NCBI GenBank assembly: GCA_947306125.1
Contig: CAMZFO010000003.1
Location: 1 to 57,194, forward strand
Direction of reading: 5' to 3'
From: an uncultured Clostridia bacterium
GTDB lineage: Bacteria; Bacillota; Clostridia; Christensenellales; CAG-138
DNA length: 57,194 nucleotides
Each line of letters opens with the position of its first letter. Position 1 is the stretch's first letter. Positions 8,316 to 20,319 of the stretch are shown one piece after another. The position numbers and the translations under genes are program-made. The notes beneath the pieces were generated by a model. That model was given only the letters and a program-made list of their open reading frames with translations, was not told the origin of the DNA and ran no database searches.

Positions 8316-9050
8316 TCACCTTCCGAAGAAAGCCCTGAGCTTTTCTATCGTCTGGGTCATGTATTCGCTGATCACGTTGGGATCGGTCGTGATAAGGAAA
8401 TAGATCACGGTTATGATCGCGGCGATAAGGGCGATGAGCTTCAGAATGAGCACAGCGGAAGCGAAATGCTTGCTGTTCTTGTTGATGCCCTTCGAGAAAG
8501 CCATTACGAAGAGCGGGATTATGCAGATCACGGGGATCATGAAGAGCAGTATGCGCCAGAAGTAACCCCAGGTGGAGAGGGGCTTGTCAAGGCGGGTCAT
8601 GACCTCGGGCTCCTCCTCAAGATCGGGATCGGGTACATAGGCGGGCTCGTCATCCCTGATACGCTCGTAAACATGTTTGGGCTCGGGCTTGGGCTCCGGT
8701 ATGGGAGCGGGGATGGGCTCGGGCTTGGGCTCGGGCTTGGGTTCGGGTATGGGCTCCGGCTTGGGCTCGGGAACGGGTTCGGGTACGGGCTCGGGAACAG
8801 GCTCCGGGATGACCTCGTTCACGGTCTCGCGAACGATCTTCTCGGCCTTTTCGGCTTCCGCATCGACTGCGGCGCCGACGGCTGCAGCTTCCTGTGCCGC
8901 CGCGTTCTCAACGGCCTCTATAACGGGAGCCGCCTCGGGAGCGGGCTTGGGCTCGGGAGCGGGAGGCTCTGGCATTCTCAGCGGCGAACCGCATCTTATG
9001 CAGAACCTGTCATTGTCTTGGGCAACGTAGCCGCATTTTGAACAAATCAT
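8316..9050 (-). CDS. Zinc-ribbon membrane protein with a Pro/Glu-rich repeat linker
   Basis: MICSKCGYVAQDNDRFCIRCG zinc ribbon preceded by RBS GGAGG. A (PEP[VKI])n low-complexity region lies at about 8680-8830. Two C-terminal TM helices. Confidence 0.7.
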   Translation of the reverse strand: MICSKCGYVAQDNDRFCIRCGSPLRMPEPPAPEPKPAPEAAPVIEAVENAAAQEAAAVGAAVDAEAEKAEKIVRETVNEVIPEPVPEPVPEPVPEPKPEPIPEPKPEPKPEPIPAPIPEPKPEPKHVYERIRDDEPAYVPDPDLEEEPEVMTRLDKPLSTWGYFWRILLFMIPVICIIPLFVMAFSKGINKNSKHFASAVLILKLIALIAAIITVIYFLITTDPNVISEYMTQTIEKLRAFFGR

Positions 9051-9155
9051 TTTTTTACCTCCGTTCAAGTTTTGTTTATTATATCACAGCGCACCCCGTT
9101 TGTATATAGTTTTTGGATAACTTTTTCATGAATTTCGATTAATTGCAAATTGGGC

Positions 9156-9184
9156 TTGACTTTCGCGCACTCTTGGGCGATAAT
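9156..9184 (+). promoter_or_regulatory. Sigma-A-type promoter for glnS
   Basis: TTGACT, 17 nt spacer, GATAAT. Confidence 0.45.
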
Positions 9185-9218
9185 CTATACTGTATTATTA
9201 TGCACGGAGGCTCTTTGT

Positions 9219-10865
9219 ATGGAGGAGAACAACGAATACCGCAGCTTTATTGAGGAATACATTGCGGAGGATTATAAGAATTATCCCGTCGTAAAGACCC
9301 GCTTTCCCCCCGAGCCCAACGGATATCTGCACATAGGCCACGTCAAGGCGATGTGGGTCGATTTCTCCATGGCGGAAAAATTCGGCGGCACCTGCAATCT
9401 GAGGTTCGACGATACCAACCCCGTCAAAGAGGGCGTCGAGTACGTCGAGGCCATCAAGCGCGATATCAGGTGGATGGGCTTCGAGTGGGATAAGCTCTGC
9501 TTCGGCAGCGATTATTTCGATAAATGCTACGAGCTGGCGGTCAAGCTCATCAAGAAGGGCGTCGCCTACGTCTGCGATCTTGACAAGGATCAGATCAGGG
9601 AATACCGCGGCACGCTGACCGAGCCCGGTATAAACAGCCCCTACAGGGACAGGTCCGTGGAGGAGAACCTCGATCTGTTCGAGCGCATGAAGAACGGCGA
9701 ATTCCCCGACGGCGCAAGGACATTAAGGGCGAAGATAGACATGGCTTCCCCCAATATCAATATGCGCGACCCCGCCCTTTACCGCATACTGCACCGCAGC
9801 CATCATCAGACGGGCGACAAGTGGTGCATTTACCCCATGTACGATTTCGCGCACCCCATCCAGGATGCGATAGAGGGCGTGACCCATTCGCTCTGCTCGC
9901 TCGAGTATGAGGCGCACAGGCCGCTTTACAACTGGGTGGTCGATCAGTGCGAGTTCGAGCACAAGCCCCGCCAGATCGAGTTTGCGAGGCTCAATATCAC
10001 CAATACCGTAATGAGCAAGCGCTATCTGCGCATGATGGTCGAGAACGGAGCCGTCGCGGGCTGGGACGATCCCCGCATGCCCACGCTCTGCGCCATGCGC
10101 AGGAGGGGCTATCCCGCCGCCGCCATACGCGATTTCCTTGCGAGGGCGGGCATCGCTAAGGCAGATTCCGTGGTCGATTCCGCCATGCTCGAGCACTGCG
10201 TGAGGGAGAATCTCAACTTGAACGCCGTGAGGGCGATGGCCGTCGCCGATCCCGTTAAGCTCGTTATCGAGAACTGGGAGGAGGGCCGCACAGAGGATAT
10301 AGAGCTTGAAAACCTTCCCGTCGACAGCGCCGAGGATAAGGGCGTACACACGGTCCCCTTCGGACGCGAGCTCTATATTGAGCGCGAGGATTTCATGGTC
10401 GAGCCTCCCAAAAAGTTCTTCAGGCTCAAGCCCGAAGGCGAAGTCCGTCTCAAGGGCGCCTACATAATCAAGTGCACCGGCTGGGAGACGGACGGGGACG
10501 GCAGAGTGACGCTCATACGCGCCGAGTACGATCCGGAGAGCCGCAGCGGCGAATGCACCCGCAAGGTCAAGGGCACCATACACTGGGTCCCCGCGGCAGA
10601 GGCCGTTCCCGCCGAATTCAGGATCTACGAGCCGCTGTTTGATACGAGCGAGATCGACACCGAGCATCTTATCGAGAGCATTGCTCCCGATTCCGTTGTG
10701 ATCAGGCAGGGCTTTGTCGAGCCCTTCCTCAGGGGCGCGGAGCCCGGCGTGCCGTATCAGTTCATGCGCGTGGGCTATTTCACCGCCGATTACGATACGA
10801 CCTGTGAAAAGCCCGTGTTCAACCGCACGGTAGGCCTGAAGGACAGCTACAAGCCGCAGAACTGA
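9219..10865 (+). CDS. glnS: Glutamine--tRNA ligase
   Basis: [15 protein letters not shown] (HIGH motif) and VMSKR (KMSKS motif), with GlnRS-type length. GGAGG precedes ATG 9219; the longer ORF-track start has no RBS. Confidence 0.9.
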   Translation: MEENNEYRSFIEEYIAEDYKNYPVVKTRFPPEPNGYLHIGHVKAMWVDFSMAEKFGGTCNLRFDDTNPVKEGVEYVEAIKRDIRWMGFEWDKLCFGSDYFDKCYELAVKLIKKGVAYVCDLDKDQIREYRGTLTEPGINSPYRDRSVEENLDLFERMKNGEFPDGARTLRAKIDMASPNINMRDPALYRILHRSHHQTGDKWCIYPMYDFAHPIQDAIEGVTHSLCSLEYEAHRPLYNWVVDQCEFEHKPRQIEFARLNITNTVMSKRYLRMMVENGAVAGWDDPRMPTLCAMRRRGYPAAAIRDFLARAGIAKADSVVDSAMLEHCVRENLNLNAVRAMAVADPVKLVIENWEEGRTEDIELENLPVDSAEDKGVHTVPFGRELYIEREDFMVEPPKKFFRLKPEGEVRLKGAYIIKCTGWETDGDGRVTLIRAEYDPESRSGECTRKVKGTIHWVPAAEAVPAEFRIYEPLFDTSEIDTEHLIESIAPDSVVIRQGFVEPFLRGAEPGVPYQFMRVGYFTADYDTTCEKPVFNRTVGLKDSYKPQN

Positions 10866-10877
10866 TCGGATCGGGTA

Positions 10878-12065
10878 ATGGAGCAGGAACGCTTAAAGCT
10901 GAATGAACCGCCGAAAAAAAGCAGCAGGCTGTGGATCGCGGTGCTCGCGTTCATGGTCCTTTTGGCGTTGCTTACCGCCGCCATAGCCTCCTCGCGCAGC
11001 GCGGATATAGGCAGGTCTGCGGCGATACCCACTCAGCCCGTTCCCGAGGCGTTCCAAACCGAAGCCCCGGGCGAGACGCCGGAGCCCACTCCCGAGCCGA
11101 CTCCCGAGGCGACGGAGGAGCCCGCGACGCCCGCACCCACACAGCAGGAGTATTCCAGGACGAGAATGATCGTCGACGGAAAGACGGCGGCGGTATTTGC
11201 GAGCCGCGAGGCCGCCGAGGAGCTGCTGTCCAGCGTGCAGAAGTATTTTGAGGAGCAGGGAGGCATACCCGGCGATTCCGTAACGGAGCTTGTAAACGAC
11301 GTGGAGTTCGCGGAAGCCGAAGCGGATGAGGCGACTATGAGCGTCGACGATGCGTTCGCTCTCTTCACGGGCAAGAGGACTCCCCTGAGATTCAAAAGCA
11401 CCGCCGCCTATTTCGAGGACGAGCCCATACCGCATACCGACGCTTACAGCAGCGACAGCACGCTGCCCGTGGGCTCGCGCATTGTGAAGATAGTCGGGCG
11501 CGACGGCCTTCTGCGCAAGGCGTACGTCGCGGTATACGTAAACGGCGTAAAGCAGTCGACAAAGGTCACGGAGACGAGGGTCGTGATAGCCCCCGTCGAC
11601 GGCAGGATCGTATTGGGCTCCCGCAGCTTCGGGGACGATTTCAGGCTCGGGCCCGATTTCGGCAGCAACCCGATAGCCGCGTACGCGCTTAAATTCGACG
11701 CTCCCGCAAAGGGAGATATATTAAGGTTCTTCGGGCCCTTCAACGGCGGGTTCCATCACGGTGTGGACATAGGCGTTCCCGCCGGCACGGAGGTCAGGGC
11801 CTCCTGCTCGGGCACGGTCGTTTCCGTCATGGAAAGGGGCTCGTACGGGCTCATGGTCGAGATAGAGCACGGCTACAGCGTATCTACTAGGTATGCGAAG
11901 CTTCAGGACGTCACCGTGCAGATCGGCGACAGCGTAGAGCTCGGGGACCTCATAGGTCACGTTTCCGGCAGCGAGCTCGTGCCCCATCTGCATTTCGAAT
12001 TAAGGATCAGGGGCATGGCATATAATCCACTGAAAGTCGTGCCCGTGAACGATATTATTGGCTGA
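10878..12065 (+). CDS. M23 family peptidoglycan metalloendopeptidase with a G5-like domain
   Basis: N-terminal TM and PT-rich linker. G5-like segment VGSRIVKIVGRDGLLRKAYVAVYVNG. M23 motifs HHGVDIG and HLHFELR. Confidence 0.85.
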   Translation: MEQERLKLNEPPKKSSRLWIAVLAFMVLLALLTAAIASSRSADIGRSAAIPTQPVPEAFQTEAPGETPEPTPEPTPEATEEPATPAPTQQEYSRTRMIVDGKTAAVFASREAAEELLSSVQKYFEEQGGIPGDSVTELVNDVEFAEAEADEATMSVDDAFALFTGKRTPLRFKSTAAYFEDEPIPHTDAYSSDSTLPVGSRIVKIVGRDGLLRKAYVAVYVNGVKQSTKVTETRVVIAPVDGRIVLGSRSFGDDFRLGPDFGSNPIAAYALKFDAPAKGDILRFFGPFNGGFHHGVDIGVPAGTEVRASCSGTVVSVMERGSYGLMVEIEHGYSVSTRYAKLQDVTVQIGDSVELGDLIGHVSGSELVPHLHFELRIRGMAYNPLKVVPVNDIIG

Positions 12066-12151
12066 AAAAGCTTTTTGGCATAATGAATTTATAACATTTT
12101 CCGATTATTCGGATCCGGAGGTACCCCTTAAAGCAGAGGGGAAGAAACAGT

Positions 12152-13420
12152 ATGGCATATTACAAAATCAACGGCGGAAAGCCCCTTGAGGGCCAGGTCA
12201 CCATAAGCGGTGCGAAGAACGCCGCCCTCGCAATAATCCCTGCGGCGATACTCGCAGGTCAGCCCTGCGTGATAGAGAATCTGCCCATGATCGAGGACGT
12301 CCGCGTATTGACGGAGATACTCCGCCTCATGGGAGCCAAGGTCGAGCTCTTCGACAACGGCTGTATGAGCATAGATCCCACCGGGATCGACAATTACGAG
12401 GTCACTTTCGAAATGGTCAGCAAGCTGCGCGCTTCCTATTACCTGCTCGGAGCCATGCTCGGCAGGTACGGTCACGCCGCGCTCGCGCTGCCCGGCGGCT
12501 GCTCCATTGGCAACCGCCCTATCGACTTCCATATAAAGGGCATGAGGGCGCTCGGCGCGGACGTCGAGATCAGGAACGGCAACGTCTACGCGCACGCCGA
12601 TAAGCTCGTCGGAGCCGAGATCTATCTCGACATGGCGAGCGTCGGAGCGACCATCAACATAATGCTCGCCGCCTGCCGCGCGGAGGGTCAGACAGTCATC
12701 ACCAACGCCGCAAAGGAGCCGCACGTCGTCGACGTCGCCAATTTCCTCAATATGATGGGCGCTTCCATTAAGGGCGCGGGCACCGACGTTATAAGGATAA
12801 AGGGCAGGCAGGAGCTCCACGGCTGCAGCTACGCGATAATCCCCGACCAGATAGAGGCCGGCACGTTCATGATCGCCTCCGTTGCGACCAAGGGCAATAT
12901 AGTGCTTAACAACATAATCCCCACTCATCTGGAGGCCATCTCCGCAAAGCTCATGGAGTGCGGAGCGAAGATCGCCGAGGGCGACGACGGCACCGAGTTC
13001 TTCATGCAGGTGCAGGGCGGCGGCAGGCTGCGCGCCGTCAATATCAAGACTCTGCCTTACCCCGGCTTCCCGACCGACCTGCAGCAGCCCATGATGGCGC
13101 TTCTGACGCTTGCCAAGGGCAACAGCTACATAGTCGAAAACATATTCGAGGACAGGTTCAATCACGTTCCCGAGCTCGTCCGCATGGGCGCTTCCATCAA
13201 CGTCAACGGCAGGACGGCGACAATAGAGGGCGTCGATAAGCTTTACGGAGCCAACGTCAGGGCGACCGACCTGCGCGCGGGCGCCGCGCTCATCGTCGCC
13301 GCGCTCAGCGCCGAGGGCACGACCATAGTCCGCAACATCCACTATATCGACCGCGGCTACGAGCATTTCGAGCAGAAGCTCCGCGCTCTCGGAGCGGATA
13401 TCGAGAGGGTGGAAGAATAA
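12152..13420 (+). CDS. murA: UDP-N-acetylglucosamine 1-carboxyvinyltransferase
   Basis: INGGKPLEGQVTISGAKNAAL N-terminus. Active-site loop LPGGCSIGNRPID. Confidence 0.95.
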   Translation: MAYYKINGGKPLEGQVTISGAKNAALAIIPAAILAGQPCVIENLPMIEDVRVLTEILRLMGAKVELFDNGCMSIDPTGIDNYEVTFEMVSKLRASYYLLGAMLGRYGHAALALPGGCSIGNRPIDFHIKGMRALGADVEIRNGNVYAHADKLVGAEIYLDMASVGATINIMLAACRAEGQTVITNAAKEPHVVDVANFLNMMGASIKGAGTDVIRIKGRQELHGCSYAIIPDQIEAGTFMIASVATKGNIVLNNIIPTHLEAISAKLMECGAKIAEGDDGTEFFMQVQGGGRLRAVNIKTLPYPGFPTDLQQPMMALLTLAKGNSYIVENIFEDRFNHVPELVRMGASINVNGRTATIEGVDKLYGANVRATDLRAGAALIVAALSAEGTTIVRNIHYIDRGYEHFEQKLRALGADIERVEE

Positions 13421-13435
13421 CCGCAGGCATAATAA

Positions 13436-13472
13436 GACCCGCTTTGACAAGGTCTGTCAAGGCGGGCTTTTT
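13436..13472. terminator. Bidirectional terminator between murA and the amidohydrolase gene
   Basis: ACCCGCTTTGACA ... TGTCAAGGCGGGC long stem followed by TTTTTT. Confidence 0.65.
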
Positions 13473-13483
13473 TATATTCGGCG

Positions 13484-16082
<2,599 letters not shown>

Positions 16083-16097
16083 TCTGACTGAACTATC

Positions 16098-16130
16098 GGG
16101 CGCTCTGCAGTGATGCGGAGCGCCCATTTT
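16098..16130 (+). terminator. Rho-independent terminator after gap
   Basis: GGGCGCTC ... GAGCGCCC stem followed by ATTTT. Confidence 0.55.
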
Positions 16131-16142
16131 GAAAGGAAAGCC

Positions 16143-17360
16143 ATGAAAGCATACGAAAGACTTTTAAACTACGTCAAGGTCTTTACGACGAGCGACGACG
16201 ATTCCGAGTCCGTGCCTTCCTCCGCGCGCCAGTTCGATCTTGCGAGGCTGCTCGTTGAGGAGATGAAGGCGATAGGCGTTTCGGACGCGCGCGTGGACGA
16301 TAAGTGCTACGTTTACGGCTCCATCCCCGCCACCCCCGGCTGTGAGGATAAGCCCGCGATAGGCTTCATAGCGCATATGGATACCGCCCCCGATTTCAAC
16401 GGCGATAACGTGCATCCCCGCATTATAGAGGATTACGACGGGGGAGAGGTCGTGCTCGGCGAAAGCGGCAGGGTGCTGAAGCCCGCCGATTTCCCGCATC
16501 TGCCGGGTCTCAAGGGCCGCACGCTCATAGTCACCGACGGGACCTCGCTCCTCGGCGCGGACGATAAGGCCGGCGTCGCGGAGATAATGACCGCCGCAGA
16601 GCGCATCATTTCCGAAGGGATCCGTCACGGCAGGCTGCTTCTGGCCTTCACTCCCGACGAGGAGGTCGGCAGGGGTGCGGATCATTTCGACGTCGAGGGC
16701 TTCGGCGCTGATTTCGCCTATACCGTCGACGGCGGGCAGGAGAATATAATAGAGTACGAGAATTTCAACGCCTCCGCCGCGAGCATCGAGATAAACGGCT
16801 TCAACGTGCATCCCGGCTCCGCGAAGGACATTATGATAAACGCTCTGCACGTCGCCTGTGAGATAGAGGGGATGCTCCCCGCGGGTCAGACCCCGCGCGA
16901 TACCGAGGGGTACGAGGGCTTCTTCCACCTCTGCGATATCTCCGGCACCACCGAGCACGCGACCATGTACTATATCCTGCGCGATCACAGCGCCGAGATA
17001 ATGGCCGCGCGCAAGGCGACCCTCAAGCATATCGAAAAGCTGCTCAACGCCAAGTACGGCGCGGGCACCGTTGCGGTAACGATAAAGGATCAGTATCAGA
17101 ACATGGTCGAAAAGATCAAGCCCTGCTTCCATCTTATCGAGAACGCCTGCGCCGCGGTCAAAGAGCTTGGGCTCGAGCCCGTCACGGAGCCCATCAGGGG
17201 CGGCACGGACGGAGCGAGATTGAGCTTCATGGGTCTGCCCTGCCCGAATCTCGGCACCGGCGGCTATGCCTATCACGGCCCCTATGAGCATATCACCGTG
17301 GAGGGCATGGAGCTTGCGACGGAGATAATACTCGGCATAATCGCAAAATACAGGGCGTAA
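16143..17360 (+). CDS. pepT: Peptidase T (tripeptide aminopeptidase, M20B)
   Basis: MKAYERLLNYVKVFTTSD N-terminus, HMDTAPDF, and the GADDKAG metal site. Confidence 0.9.
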   Translation: MKAYERLLNYVKVFTTSDDDSESVPSSARQFDLARLLVEEMKAIGVSDARVDDKCYVYGSIPATPGCEDKPAIGFIAHMDTAPDFNGDNVHPRIIEDYDGGEVVLGESGRVLKPADFPHLPGLKGRTLIVTDGTSLLGADDKAGVAEIMTAAERIISEGIRHGRLLLAFTPDEEVGRGADHFDVEGFGADFAYTVDGGQENIIEYENFNASAASIEINGFNVHPGSAKDIMINALHVACEIEGMLPAGQTPRDTEGYEGFFHLCDISGTTEHATMYYILRDHSAEIMAARKATLKHIEKLLNAKYGAGTVAVTIKDQYQNMVEKIKPCFHLIENACAAVKELGLEPVTEPIRGGTDGARLSFMGLPCPNLGTGGYAYHGPYEHITVEGMELATEIILGIIAKYRA

Positions 17361-17371
17361 ACGAACGATAA

Positions 17372-17397
17372 AGGGAGCCTTTGGCTTCCTTTTTTTT
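17372..17397 (+). terminator. Rho-independent terminator after pepT
   Basis: AGGGAGCC/GGCTTCCT stem followed by TTTTTTT. Confidence 0.55.
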
Positions 17398-17466
17398 GCC
17401 CCTTTGTGACCTTGGCTTCCGAAACGGTGTTATATAGGGTGAGGATCGAAAAAAGGAGGTTGCCCA

Positions 17467-18039
17467 ATGGATGATAATGCGATCATCGAGCTTTTCCTTG
17501 CAAGGGATGAATCGGCTATCGCCATGACCGCCGAAAAATACGGCAGGAGCCTCAGGAGCATAGCAAGATCCGTTGTCCGTGACGAACGGGAGGCCGAGGA
17601 ATGCGAGAACGATACCTATCTCAAGGCGTGGAACAGCATCCCGCCAAACGAGCCGCGTGAGCATTTTTTCGCGTATCTCGGCGCCATCACCCGGAGGCTT
17701 GCGCTGAACTGCGTCAGGGATTCCGGAAGGCTCAGGCGCGGAGCAACGGTCGTTGAGCTCACGAAGGAGATGGAGGAGTGCATACCGGATATCGGCGAAG
17801 CCTCCGAAAGAGCCGAGCTTAACGAATTGAAGGCGGAGCTCAACGGGTATCTTGCGGGCGTTTCGGAGCGCAAGCGAAGCGTGTTCATAAGGAGATACTG
17901 GTATTTCGAGGAGATAAGGACCATTGCCCGCGAGCTGAAATGCTCCGAGAGCAGTGTGAAAACGACGCTCCTCAGGATGCGCAGAGAGCTCAAGGCGATC
18001 CTCATTGAGAAAGGTTACAGTTTCGATGAAAGGGGATAG
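17467..18039 (+). CDS. Sigma-70 family (ECF-like) RNA polymerase sigma factor
   Basis: Region 2-like EAEECENDTYLKAWNSI and a region 4 HTH (IARELKCSESSVKTTLLRMRREL). RBS AGGAGG. Confidence 0.8.
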   Translation: MDDNAIIELFLARDESAIAMTAEKYGRSLRSIARSVVRDEREAEECENDTYLKAWNSIPPNEPREHFFAYLGAITRRLALNCVRDSGRLRRGATVVELTKEMEECIPDIGEASERAELNELKAELNGYLAGVSERKRSVFIRRYWYFEEIRTIARELKCSESSVKTTLLRMRRELKAILIEKGYSFDERG

Positions 18040-18043
18040 AAAA

Positions 18044-19555
18044 ATGGATGGTATGGACAGACTTGACGACGTGATAGGCGGAGTCGATCCGTCGTTCGTG
18101 GAGGCGGCGAAGAAATATAAGCCCGCGGGAAGAAGAGCGGTTATTTGGATAGCCGCAGCGGCATGCGTTGCTCTTGCAGCCGTATTCGCCACGAAACTTG
18201 CGCTTAAACGGAACGAGCTCCCGCCCGAGGAACACGCGGCGGCCCCCTCTCCTTCGGCTTCCGCGGAGCGGCCGAGTACAGAGCCTTCCGGGGAGCCGAC
18301 AGCCGCCCCGACGGCTCAAAAGGAGGCCTTCGTGATACCGCCTTATTCGCCTGAAAACTCGGACGTCACGGACGGAGGGGTCGTCAGATATATACTGTAC
18401 GGCGGGAGATACTACTTCCCGTATATCGTGCTTCCGCAGGATACGCCGCTGCTGGGCGAAAAAATAGGAGCTATAGCATCGCCCTGCGGCATAGGTTCCA
18501 CGGGGCACGAAGGGGCGGACGGCAATTTCGGATCGCCCGGAGCCGATGAAGCGGCGGAGGGGCAGGGCGAAGGCGGAACCGACGAGCCCTCAGAAGGCTT
18601 ATTCGTCGGCTGCAGAGCAGGAGCGGTATTCTCCGCCGTTGGATACGATCCCGAATTCATGCTCATCCAAAGGAACGATAACGGCGCCGCGGAGGTCTAC
18701 GTAAACGGCGAGGGCAGGAGGATCGATTCCGCCGCCGATCTTCTTGAAAACTGCTTCCGTTTATCAGAAGATACGGGTCAGCTCGGGTATTCCGTATGGA
18801 ACAACGAGATAGACCCGGTATGCCTGCTGCATTATTTCGCGCTTTCGGGCACCGAGTATGACGACAAGGCGGCGGCGTTCATTTCCGCCCTGCTCGATTC
18901 CGAGATCGTGGAGGGCGTGGCGATCCCGGAGCACAGTGCTGTGCGCAAAGTCATAGTAAAGCTCCCCGGAGGAGCCGAGCTGCTGCTTGACCTGTTCGAC
19001 GACTGCACGGTATCCTTGAGAAAAGGCGATTTGAATTTCCTCGGATTCAGGCTCAAGCTCGCGCCTGAGGCGGCGGAGCCGATAATGGAATTGATCGACG
19101 GCTTAAAGGGATGCGATATGGGCCGCATATGGGATGAGGAGCATCTTTCGCTCGACTGCGTCAGGACAGACAGCGTTTTCGGAAGCGCGGTACCCGGCGT
19201 CGTTCCGGAGGGATACGAGATACAGCACTGCATGATCCATTATGACGTCGACCGCGAAAACGGTACGATCATCCGGGAAAGAGCGCTCGAGATCGTGTAC
19301 TATAATATGGGAAGGTTTTTCGCGCTGGAGATAATGCCGGCTTCCGAATCGGGGGAGATTATGGAATACTACGGCATAAAAAAGCTCATTCCCGTTGAGG
19401 AGCTCACGTTAGATGATCTTGAAGGAGGACGCTCCAAAACCGATTTTTACACCGGAGAATGCGGCGCAGTAAAGGGCGATACGGCGATCATAGTCCTTAT
19501 GTACGAATCCGCCCCGGAGGACGTGTTCGCGGCCGTCGCGAGCATAGCGAACTGA
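18044..19555 (+). CDS. Single-pass membrane protein encoded next to the sigma factor; candidate anti-sigma/sensor
   Basis: Starts 5 nt after the sigma stop. About 35 cytoplasmic residues, TM VIWIAAAACVALAAVFA, a P/S/E-rich linker, then a roughly 400-aa outer domain with no motif I recognise. Confidence 0.5.
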   Translation: MDGMDRLDDVIGGVDPSFVEAAKKYKPAGRRAVIWIAAAACVALAAVFATKLALKRNELPPEEHAAAPSPSASAERPSTEPSGEPTAAPTAQKEAFVIPPYSPENSDVTDGGVVRYILYGGRYYFPYIVLPQDTPLLGEKIGAIASPCGIGSTGHEGADGNFGSPGADEAAEGQGEGGTDEPSEGLFVGCRAGAVFSAVGYDPEFMLIQRNDNGAAEVYVNGEGRRIDSAADLLENCFRLSEDTGQLGYSVWNNEIDPVCLLHYFALSGTEYDDKAAAFISALLDSEIVEGVAIPEHSAVRKVIVKLPGGAELLLDLFDDCTVSLRKGDLNFLGFRLKLAPEAAEPIMELIDGLKGCDMGRIWDEEHLSLDCVRTDSVFGSAVPGVVPEGYEIQHCMIHYDVDRENGTIIRERALEIVYYNMGRFFALEIMPASESGEIMEYYGIKKLIPVEELTLDDLEGGRSKTDFYTGECGAVKGDTAIIVLMYESAPEDVFAAVASIAN

Positions 19556-19570
19556 AAACGGAAGGACGAA

Positions 19571-19606
19571 CAGGGCGCGTTGGGCAATACTGCCCGCGCC
19601 CTGTTT
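19571..19606. terminator. Bidirectional terminator between convergent genes
   Basis: CAGGGCGCG ... CGCGCCCTG stem followed by TTTG. Confidence 0.55.
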
Positions 19607-19626
19607 GCTCGTTCGCTGTTCCTTTT

Positions 19627-19842
19627 TCAGTCTACGTCCGCGTTGATCGCGTCCTGATTGTGTCTGCGGAAGAGCAGAGTGATGCCCCATATGCCGGCGA
19701 GTCCCACGAGGGTGTAAATGATGCGGGAAACGACTCCGCTCATCCCGCCGCAGATCGCGGCGACGAGGTCGAATTGAAAGATCCCGATAAGCCCCCAGTT
19801 GAGTGCGCCGATCACGATTAGTATGAGTGCAAGAGTATCCAT
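19627..19842 (-). CDS. DUF378 family small membrane protein
   Basis: MDTLALILIVIGALNWGLIGIFQFDLVAAICGG is typical of DUF378. RBS AAGGAG. Confidence 0.8.
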   Translation of the reverse strand: MDTLALILIVIGALNWGLIGIFQFDLVAAICGGMSGVVSRIIYTLVGLAGIWGITLLFRRHNQDAINADVD

Positions 19843-20087
19843 TGATCAAATCTCCTTTCATGCCCGCTGGTAAGCCGCGGAGCATTTGAAGACAGCATCT
19901 GCGGGAAACGCTTCGGCTATTCGTTCCATATCCCGGAAATCCATTGCAGGGCAGGCAGTTTTGCCCATTTTCGACTCAAAACGACCTTTCTCCAAAGCCG
20001 GAAACCGCCGTGGAAACTTATGCCGTGAATAAATAACATATACTCTTGCGCGGCAAACGAGTGTTCGCACGCCTGCTGCACGGGGAG

Positions 20088-20166
20088 TTTTCCACATATT
20101 CCACATAGTTATCCACTTTTCATGGAAGCGTCGGGGATTTTGCCCGCTGAAAACTCATGTGGAAAA
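20088..20166. promoter_or_regulatory. Cluster of four DnaA-box-like 9-mers
   Basis: TTTTCCACA (20088), TATTCCACA (20097) and TTATCCACT (20109) are direct and nearly contiguous. TGTGGAAAA (20158) is inverted. Each has 1-2 mismatches to TTATCCACA. Confidence 0.45.
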
Positions 20167-20319
20167 AATGAGGAGCTTATTCGATACGGCAAATCGCTGT
20201 AAATAATTCATCGGAGCGCCCCGAAAGGCTCCGCGGCAGGGCGTCGGAGGACAGCCGGAAAGCCTTGACCGGCTCCGAAACGGCCCCGTCATCCGAGGCG
20301 CGCCCCGGGAAACCTCCCA

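Noticed and set aside
8680-8830. The G/C-rich 6/12-nt periodic repeat (gggctcgggcttgggctc...) as a non-coding satellite.
   Set aside because: On the minus strand it encodes the in-frame (PEP[V/K/I])n linker of the zinc-ribbon membrane protein. It is ordinary low-complexity coding sequence.
19858-20106. An 82-aa minus-strand ORF between the DUF378 gene and the DnaA-box cluster. I considered it as a possible small sda-like checkpoint gene.
   Set aside because: No convincing RBS precedes any of its Met codons. The composition is Arg-rich and non-protein-like, and it shows no similarity to Sda. I kept only the DnaA-box observation.
20029-20166. Possible chromosomal replication origin (DnaA boxes plus an AT-rich patch).
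   Set aside because: No dnaA, dnaN, rpmH or parAB genes are nearby. There are only four imperfect boxes and a very short AT-rich stretch. I treat it as a secondary DnaA-box cluster, not oriC.
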